Origin: an uncultured cyanobacterium
GTDB taxonomy: Bacteria; Cyanobacteriota; Cyanobacteriia; Cyanobacteriales; CAWCAG01
Reading direction: 5' to 3'
DNA: 64,000 bases
Assembly: GCA_963793425.1 (NCBI GenBank)
Contig: CAWCAG010000007.1
Coordinates: 416,001-480,000 of the forward strand
Shown in pieces: positions 56,942 through 64,000 of this stretch. Position 1 is the first letter of the stretch. Each line of letters begins with the position of its first letter. A model generated the notes under the pieces. It was not told where the DNA came from. It did not search any database and saw nothing but the letters and a program-made list of their open reading frames with translations. A program made the translations under genes and the position numbers.

Positions 56942-58741
56942 ATGCTGCTTGATAATCATCATCAGTTCTCTTTTCGTGCAACTATTAGTCTTATCTTACT
57001 TTTTTGTAGCTTCACCTTAGTTACCTGTAAAAAGCAGCCTGAAGAAATGAAAGCATCAACGGAAACACTGCTTAGTGATCCTTTCTTGCAACTACCCCAA
57101 CAAGATTCTGTGCGAGTGGTTTGGTTTACTGAATTTGAGGGTTCCCGTCACTATGTCAGTTATGGAGAAGATACTCAAAAGCAAGTAGAGGCTACCACAA
57201 CAAAGCTAACTCATTTGCAAGAAGACCAAAAATCTTTGGTTGGGGAACAAACAGAAGAAGGTCAGATTTATCAAAAACCTCAAAAGCGAGATATTTGGCG
57301 ACATGAAGCAGAAGTTACAGGCTTGAAACCGAATACTTCTCAACCTTACTTCGTTAGTAGTGTAGATGCAGAAGGAGGGGTAGTTAGCAGCGAAACCTTT
57401 ACCCTTGCTTCCAAGCCTCAACCGGGAACTCCTCTCAAAATTCTCCTCACCTCAGACCATCAATCAAAACCAATGGTGGCTGCTAACTTAGAAAAAGTAG
57501 AAGAAACTATCGGCAAAGTCGATGGTATTTTTTTCGCGGGGGATTTAGTTAACATTCCTGATCGTGCTTCGGAATGGTTTGATGATAATCGTGGGGGAGC
57601 TTTTTTTCCTGCCCTTCAGGGACGTGCTAGTTATGAGTTAACTACCAGTGGTAGTCCCACCCCCTATCAAGGTGGGCAATTAATTCAAAATGCTCCTTTG
57701 TATACAGCTATTGGTAATCATGAGGTTATGGGGCGTAGGGATGGTGATTTAGACTTAAATCAGCAATTTGAGGCTACTTTACCCCGTTTCATCGCTGAAA
57801 AAACTTACTTACGGCAAAAAGTAAGAGTTAATCCTCAAAATGATTCTCAAATTAAAGAAGCCTGGATTAAAAGCAATTCTTTCAATACCGAAACTTATCA
57901 AGAACTTTTTACTTTACCTATTAGTAAATCAGGACAAGAAAAGTATTATGCTGTCACTTTTGGCGATGTCCGTTTAGTTGTTTTATATGCCACGAGAATT
58001 TGGAGAGTACCTGGTTTAAATCCGAAGAAAAAAGGCAAGTATCGAGAGACAGAAGAAGATGTGAATAGTCCTCAGCAATGGGGTTATGGACAACATATTT
58101 TTGAACCAATTCAAGAAGGTTCAAATCAGTATCAATGGTTGAAGTCGGAATTACAGAGTCCTGAATTTAATCAGGCCAAATATAAAATAGTTATGTTTCA
58201 TCATCCTCCCCATAGCTTAGGAGAAAATGTCATTCCTGCTTATACAGATCCTGTACAAATAGTTGAGCGCGATGAGGAGGAAGAAGTTACTGCGGTACGC
58301 TACGAGTATCCCCAAGATCAAGACCATTTGCTCCGAGATATTGTACCTTTATTAGAAAAAGCAGGGGTGCAGCTTGTTCATTATGGCCATTCCCATTTGT
58401 GGAATCGTTTTGTTGGCCCTAAAGGTATGCACTTTTTAGAAACTTCTAATGTGGGTAATAGCTACGGAGCTTATTTAGGTGATAAGAAGCGTAAAATACC
58501 TAAAGATTATCAAGAAAATTATGTAGCTACAGGTAATCCTGGTGGCTTGGAACCTGTAGTTCCTAATCTTGCTCCTTTAAAAGATGAGGCCGGAAAAGCT
58601 TTACCTTATATTGCTAGTAACGAAATTACGGTGTTTAGTATCTTGGATACAGGGAAAGGTACGGTGACTAGCTACTATTTTGATACTCGTAAACCGGAAT
58701 CAGAAGTTGTTGAGTTTGATCAGTTTTCTCTCTTAAAATAG
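56942..58741 (+). CDS. Purple-acid-phosphatase-like metallophosphoesterase with an FN3 domain (likely lipoprotein)
   Basis: TSDHQ, AGDLV, GNHE, HHPP, GHSH; N-terminal FN3-like region. Confidence 0.87.
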   Translation: MLLDNHHQFSFRATISLILLFCSFTLVTCKKQPEEMKASTETLLSDPFLQLPQQDSVRVVWFTEFEGSRHYVSYGEDTQKQVEATTTKLTHLQEDQKSLVGEQTEEGQIYQKPQKRDIWRHEAEVTGLKPNTSQPYFVSSVDAEGGVVSSETFTLASKPQPGTPLKILLTSDHQSKPMVAANLEKVEETIGKVDGIFFAGDLVNIPDRASEWFDDNRGGAFFPALQGRASYELTTSGSPTPYQGGQLIQNAPLYTAIGNHEVMGRRDGDLDLNQQFEATLPRFIAEKTYLRQKVRVNPQNDSQIKEAWIKSNSFNTETYQELFTLPISKSGQEKYYAVTFGDVRLVVLYATRIWRVPGLNPKKKGKYRETEEDVNSPQQWGYGQHIFEPIQEGSNQYQWLKSELQSPEFNQAKYKIVMFHHPPHSLGENVIPAYTDPVQIVERDEEEEVTAVRYEYPQDQDHLLRDIVPLLEKAGVQLVHYGHSHLWNRFVGPKGMHFLETSNVGNSYGAYLGDKKRKIPKDYQENYVATGNPGGLEPVVPNLAPLKDEAGKALPYIASNEITVFSILDTGKGTVTSYYFDTRKPESEVVEFDQFSLLK

Positions 58742-58824
58742 GAATATATTTCTGGCTGCATTTTCAATAATATGTCGTTTGAAAATGATAAATATTAAAT
58801 ATTAAATGTTAAATGGCATAAACC

Positions 58825-59907
58825 ATGGCTGCCGATCGTCTTCTTTCTAGTTATAATTACTTCTTACCAGAAGAACTTATTGCTCAAACACCTGCTGTTC
58901 CTAGAGATAGTTCTCGTTTACTGGTAGTTGAGTCTCCCACAACTCACCATCATAGCTGCTTCAAAGATTTAAGGGAGTGGTTACGTCCTGGGGATCTCTT
59001 AATTCTCAACAATACCCGCGTAATTCCTGCTCGTCTTTACGGTAACAAGTCTACAGGCGCTCCGGTGGAGGTTTTATTATTACAAGAAGAAGCAGATAAT
59101 ATTTGGCTGGCTTTGGTTAAACCAGGTAAGCGTTTCAAACTAGGAACGGAGATTATTTTTACTCCTCAACAAGAAAATGAAGAAAATCTCTTTTTAAAGG
59201 CTAAGGTAATTGAGCGCGATGTTGCTACAGGAGGAAGAAAGCTACAGTTTTATTTTCCTTCTCAATACAATTTTACAGAAATTCTTGCTAAATTTGGTCA
59301 TCTTCCTTTACCTCCTTATATAACCTCCGAAGCATCTCAACCAGGTCAATATCAAACGGTTTATGCTCAACAACCTGGGGCAGTAGCAGCCCCCACAGCA
59401 GGTTTACACTTCACTGAAGAGCTTTTGCAGAGCTTAACAGACGACGGTATTAAACAAGCTTATCTAACTTTGCACGTCGGAGTAGGGACATTTCGTCCTG
59501 TGGAAGTTGAAGACGTTACCACCCACAAAATGCATCAAGAATGGGTAGAAGTTCCCCCAGTTACTATAGAAGCTATCAAAGAAACGAAAACTCGTGGCGG
59601 TCGTATTATTGCTGTGGGGACAACGGTGGTACGAGCCTTAGAAGGTGCTGCTGCTGAGACTGAGACTAGCATTATAGAGCCTTTTTGCGGTCAAACAGAC
59701 TTATTTATTTATCCAGGTTATTCTTTCAAGGTAGTAGAGGGCATAATTACCAATTTTCACTTACCTGGTTCTAGTTTGCTAATGTTGGTAGCTGCTTTAA
59801 TAGGGCGCGATCGCTTATTTACTTTGTATGAGGAGGCGATCGCCGAGCAATATCGCTTCTACTCTTTTGGTGATGCGATGTTAATTTTACCTGAAGCAGT
59901 TATCTAA
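58825..59907 (+). CDS. queA: S-adenosylmethionine:tRNA ribosyltransferase-isomerase
   Basis: LPEELIAQ, N.TRVIPAR, PLPPYI, AAPTAGLHF, VGTT, TNFHLP, FYSFGDAM. Confidence 0.96.
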   Translation: MAADRLLSSYNYFLPEELIAQTPAVPRDSSRLLVVESPTTHHHSCFKDLREWLRPGDLLILNNTRVIPARLYGNKSTGAPVEVLLLQEEADNIWLALVKPGKRFKLGTEIIFTPQQENEENLFLKAKVIERDVATGGRKLQFYFPSQYNFTEILAKFGHLPLPPYITSEASQPGQYQTVYAQQPGAVAAPTAGLHFTEELLQSLTDDGIKQAYLTLHVGVGTFRPVEVEDVTTHKMHQEWVEVPPVTIEAIKETKTRGGRIIAVGTTVVRALEGAAAETETSIIEPFCGQTDLFIYPGYSFKVVEGIITNFHLPGSSLLMLVAALIGRDRLFTLYEEAIAEQYRFYSFGDAMLILPEAVI

Positions 59908-59940
59908 ATTATTCTTTATCAGTGTTTGGTATTGCGCTTT

Positions 59941-61623
59941 ATGTTATCAGGGAAAGCAAAAACTCTTTTTATCCAAGCTGGATTTTTTCTTCTTACTCTC
60001 TTGTTGGGAGGAATTCAAGCTTGGAATCACCGTTACAATTTATCTACTGGAGATGCTGTTTCTTACTTAGATATTGGTGATGCTTATTGGCGCGGTAATT
60101 TTTCAGCAGCGATTAATGATTATTTTAGTCCTCTTTATTGTTGGATTTTAGGCTTTTTTATTAAAGTAATTAGTCCGGGAATTTACTGGGAGTTTTTAAC
60201 TGTAAAAATTGCCAATTTATTTATTCTTTCCTGTGGCTTTTTGGCTTTTAGCTTTTTTCTAAAAGAATTTATTTATTACTACGAAGCCAAAGTTAACCAA
60301 GGAGAAACCAAAAAATATCTACAAATTCCTCAATGGATTTGGTTGATATTAGGATATAGCTTATTTATCTGGTCAAGCTTGCAATGGATTGGCGTTGACA
60401 ACGACACTCCTGATATGTGTGTCGCGACGATAACTTATTTAGCCGCAGGTCTAATTTTAAAAATCTATACTCGCTCCGATAGTTGGTACAATTTCCTCTT
60501 CCTTGGAGTAACTTTAGGAGTTGGCTATTTAGCAAAAGCAATCATGTTTCCTATGGCTTTGATTTTTCTGGGAACTTGCTTTTTCTGTATTGGTAGTTTG
60601 CGTCGTACCTGGGGAAGAATTATTTTGGCCACCCTGATTTTTATAGTTGTTGCTGGGCCTTTTATTTTTGCTATCTCCCAAAAATCAGGTAGTTTCACCT
60701 TTGGGAGTGCCGGGAAACTCAACTATGCTTGGAACATAAGTCATAATATCGGTGGTCATCATTGGCAAGGGAAGCCTTCTGGTAGTGGAACCCCACAACA
60801 TCCTACCAGGGTCATTTTTGCTGAGCCAACAGTTTATGAATTTGCTACACCAATCGCCGGGACTTATCCTCCTTGGCATGATCCCTCTTATTGGAATGCA
60901 GGATTACAACCCAAACCTAATCTCCCCCGCCAAATAGCTGAGGTAGTTAGTCATAGTTGGGAATACTATCAAATTTTTGGTAAATACTTACTTTTTGGCT
61001 ACTTAATCTTCATTATTGCTAGTGGCAACTTTTGGGTTCAAGGGCGAGAATTACTGAAAAACTGGCCATTATATATTCCTGCCTGTGCTGGCTTAGGAGC
61101 ATTACTTTTAGTTCATGTTAGACCAAGATTGATAGCTAGTTTTGTGGTACTTTTATTTGCTGCTGTTTTTGGTAGTTTACGCTTACCTAACAATCCCCAA
61201 GTAAAAAGATTTGTGATTGGCATTACTCTAGGAGTTTGCTTATTGACTCTTAGCAGCTTAAGTAATATCTCAGATATTGCTGGAGAACCTATTCATTGGA
61301 AAATAGCCCAAGGTTTAGAAAAATTAGGAGTTACAAATGGAGAACAAATTGCTATTTTAGGGAAATATGGAGATGGTAGTTCCTATTATTGGGCTAGATT
61401 AGCAAAGGTAAAGATAGTTGTGGAAATTCCAGAAATTGCTAGTTTTTGGGATGCAGACTCTACCACCCAGAAACAAATCTATCAAGAGGTAAAAGATGCA
61501 GGAGCAAAGCTAATTGTTCAAGAAGTTGGTACAAAACCTTCTGAAGATAGTAATTGGCAACAAATCAGTAATACTAACTGCTACCTCCATTTCTTAACCA
61601 AACCTCAAAACCTTGAATCATGA
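59941..61623 (+). CDS. Polytopic membrane protein, probable GT-C glycosyltransferase
   Basis: D..SYLD in the first external loop, SPLY, PD, GYLAK, multiple TM helices. Confidence 0.6.
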   Translation: MLSGKAKTLFIQAGFFLLTLLLGGIQAWNHRYNLSTGDAVSYLDIGDAYWRGNFSAAINDYFSPLYCWILGFFIKVISPGIYWEFLTVKIANLFILSCGFLAFSFFLKEFIYYYEAKVNQGETKKYLQIPQWIWLILGYSLFIWSSLQWIGVDNDTPDMCVATITYLAAGLILKIYTRSDSWYNFLFLGVTLGVGYLAKAIMFPMALIFLGTCFFCIGSLRRTWGRIILATLIFIVVAGPFIFAISQKSGSFTFGSAGKLNYAWNISHNIGGHHWQGKPSGSGTPQHPTRVIFAEPTVYEFATPIAGTYPPWHDPSYWNAGLQPKPNLPRQIAEVVSHSWEYYQIFGKYLLFGYLIFIIASGNFWVQGRELLKNWPLYIPACAGLGALLLVHVRPRLIASFVVLLFAAVFGSLRLPNNPQVKRFVIGITLGVCLLTLSSLSNISDIAGEPIHWKIAQGLEKLGVTNGEQIAILGKYGDGSSYYWARLAKVKIVVEIPEIASFWDADSTTQKQIYQEVKDAGAKLIVQEVGTKPSEDSNWQQISNTNCYLHFLTKPQNLES

Positions 61624-62582
61624 CCAAATTGATTATTCAAATTCCTTGCTATAACGAGGAAGCAACTCTGGGACTAACTCTTTCAGAATTACCTCGCCAA
61701 GTTCCAGGGGTGGATACTGTAGAGTGGTTAATTATCAATGATGGTAGCGTAGACCAGACTGTGGAGGTTGCTACAGATAATGGTGTAGACCATGTTGTTA
61801 GCTTCACCCATAACCAAGGTTTAGCCAAAGGCTTTATGGCAGGTATAGAAGCTTGTCTTAAAGAAGGGGCGGATATTATTGTTAATACCGATGCAGATAA
61901 TCAATACTGTGCTGCGGATATTCCTAGGTTAGTTGAACCAATCCTGAGAGGGGAAGCAGATATGGTGATTGGTGCAAGACCGATAAAAAGTATTAAACAT
62001 TTTTCCCCTATTAAAAAGTTCTTACAAAAATTAGGTAGTTGGGCAGTAAGGGTGGCGAGTAATACTAAAGTAGCCGATGCCCCTAGTGGTTTCCGCGCTA
62101 TTAGTCGCAAAGCAGCTTTGGAGTTGAATGTTTTTAATGAATATACCTACACCTTAGAAACCATTATTCAAGCTGGGCAAAAGGGCATGGCGGTGGTTTC
62201 AGTGCCGATTCGAACTAATGGTTTCTTGCGTCCTTCGCGCCTAGTTAAGAGCATTTTCGCCTATGTTAGGCGTTCTTTGTTCACTATTATTAGAATCTTT
62301 CTAACCTATCGACCCCTACAGTTTTTTACCCTCCTAGCTAGTGTTCCAGCTTTTTTAGGTTTTCTACTTTGTGTACGTTGGTTAATCCTGTTTATTTTTG
62401 TAGATGGGACTAGAGGTAGAGTCCCTAGCTTGCTATTAGCAGCAGTTTTAATTCTCGTTGCCTTTCAACTGCTGTTATTTGGTTTTATCGCCGACTTGAT
62501 GGCTGTTAATCGTAAGATGCTCGAAGATGTGCAGCTAAGGTTACGAAAAGCCGAAATAGAAAGAAGTCGAAAAAGAGGCTAG
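61620..62582 (+). CDS. GT2 glycosyltransferase (polyprenol-phosphate/DPM-like) with C-terminal TM helices
   Basis: IPCYNEE, INDGS.D, NTDADNQY, DAPSGFRA. Confidence 0.9.
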   Translation: MTKLIIQIPCYNEEATLGLTLSELPRQVPGVDTVEWLIINDGSVDQTVEVATDNGVDHVVSFTHNQGLAKGFMAGIEACLKEGADIIVNTDADNQYCAADIPRLVEPILRGEADMVIGARPIKSIKHFSPIKKFLQKLGSWAVRVASNTKVADAPSGFRAISRKAALELNVFNEYTYTLETIIQAGQKGMAVVSVPIRTNGFLRPSRLVKSIFAYVRRSLFTIIRIFLTYRPLQFFTLLASVPAFLGFLLCVRWLILFIFVDGTRGRVPSLLLAAVLILVAFQLLLFGFIADLMAVNRKMLEDVQLRLRKAEIERSRKRG

Positions 62583-62632
62583 TCTCTAGTTGCTGAAAAA
62601 ATTATAGCCCCATCATTTTTAGTAAACAACTA

Positions 62633-62672
62633 CTCCCTGCTCCCTGCTCCCTGCTCCCTGCTCCCTGCTCCC
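62633..62672. repeat. Heptamer tandem repeat (CTCCCTG)x5 plus a partial copy, STRR type
   Basis: Read directly; lies just upstream of the next ATG. Confidence 0.92.
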
Positions 62673-62682
62673 CCCAACTAAT

Positions 62683-64000
62683 ATGAACGAAACCAAAATC
62701 AGCAACCGAGACTTATCTAAAATGTTATTAACTCTCGGTATTGGTATAACTCTGATTTACTTAGCTTTCCTTAAACCAGGAATTTGGGGTCATGATGGTA
62801 ATGATATGCTCCAAGTTTCCATCTCCTTGATCACTAAAGGAAGTTTTGCTTTACCAGATGGCTTGGGGGTGCAGGGGGCCGACGGACAATATTATTCTGT
62901 CCGCTATCCTTTGCTTTCTATTGTCGCTATACCTTTTACGGCGGTTGGTTTGGTTTTGGCTTCTGTTTTAGGCTTACCTGTTAATTATGTTGCCGGGGTT
63001 TGCGTCCTTGTTTTATCGGTGTTGTTAACGGCGGGGTGTGCAGTCTTTGTTGCCTTAATTGCTTTGCGGTTAGGAAGCAAGCTTAAGTTAGCTTACCTGG
63101 CTGCATTAAGTTATGCTTTTGGCACTGTAGCTTTAGTTTATTCACGAGAATTTTTTGCTGAACCTCTGCTTAGCTTCTTAACAGCGGCTAGCCTCTACTT
63201 AATTCTTGGTCAAAGCAGGCGATCCCAAGTTAGCGCCAGTTTAATTGGTGGATTAGCGATTACTGCTAAACCTGCTGCGGTGGTTATCGGCCCAGCACTT
63301 GCTATTTATTTATTTGCGAAAAAACGCCCTTGGTATCTAATTCTTGCTCCTTTAATTAGTACAGCTATGGGCATGGGGTTGTATTTTAGCTACAACTATC
63401 TCCGCTTTGGGGATTGGTTTTCTTCTGGGCAAGATGGTGGTCGCTTTGGCCCTGCGGGCTTTGGGCCGCGCCTATTTGGTCAATTATTCGGTTTTGGGGC
63501 AGGAGGGGGTTTGATTTGGTACTGTCCCCCGGTAATTTTGGCTGTGGTAGGTTTTTATCAAGCAGTTAAGCACAAGAAAACCTTAGAAGCTTTGGTTGTA
63601 GTGGCTGTCTTCTGTGGCTTTTGGTTGCTTCATGGCTTCTGGCGCTTTGAAGGTTGGAGCTGGGGCCTCGTTTTATTGTTCCTACTTTACCTGGATTAAT
63701 GGCTTTAGCCGCCTTAGCGGGTTATCGTTGGAAAAAAACCTTGCTAGCCCTTACCCTAATTGGTTTTTTAGCCAGCGCCCCTAGTTTAGTTTCCTTTTAC
63801 CAACGTCATTATGCTGAGGCATCGGATGCGGGTGTGATTAAAGAAGCTCTGGAGTTGTGGATTCCTCCGGCACAATCTCCCCTAATTCAATCCTGGGGGG
63901 CTGGTTATCGTCAAGTACAAGCTGGATTAAATAGCGATGTTGCCAATGTTCTTAAGGATGCTGGTGCGCCCCCTGCACCGGGAAGTTTAGCCACCTCACA
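62683..64000 (+). CDS. Polytopic GT-C/PMT-like membrane protein (apparent -1 indel at ~63662; 3'-truncated)
   Basis: HDG, YS.YP, FFAEP, TAKP, TM helices. Adding one G to TGGGGCCT gives WSWGPRFIVP, and that frame stays open to the window end. Confidence 0.65.

Noticed and set aside
566..62110. Many short or antisense ORFs in the track (e.g. 566-1036, 14620-14949, 42808-43137, 44111-44494, 61901-62110)
   Set aside because: They are shadows of well-supported genes on another strand or frame and carry no motifs.
1..64000. CRISPR array, rRNA, prophage or integrase at the tRNAs
   Set aside because: No regularly spaced 25-40 bp repeats, rRNA-like sequence, phage genes, integrase or duplicated tRNA 3' ends were seen.

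Overview
A 64-kb, AT-rich stretch of cyanobacterial chromosome, identified by frequent HIP1 octamers (GCGATCGC), btpA, ftrC, hli, a cyanobacterial hfq and heptamer tandem repeats. Most of it is housekeeping: cobU, thrC, rimO-crhR, lptA/B/F, metH, lysS-KTSC, dapF, queA and three tRNAs. The most notable locus is a chaperone-usher-like pilus operon (23.2-29.6 kb). It has three tandem pilin-like paralogs, a PapD-like chaperone split by a clean IS630 insertion (removing the IS restores a 269-aa ORF) and an 876-aa divergent usher-like protein. An IS605-type element has an intact tnpA, an in-frame internally deleted tnpB, both end hairpins and apparently its omegaRNA scaffold. Other points of interest are a candidate structured 5' leader of metH, a general-stress/desiccation gene neighbourhood, and a NucS-like protein with a substituted catalytic residue. 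Two single-base homopolymer frameshifts (metH and the last gene) may be sequencing errors. All family assignments come from motif recognition by eye; no database searches were run.
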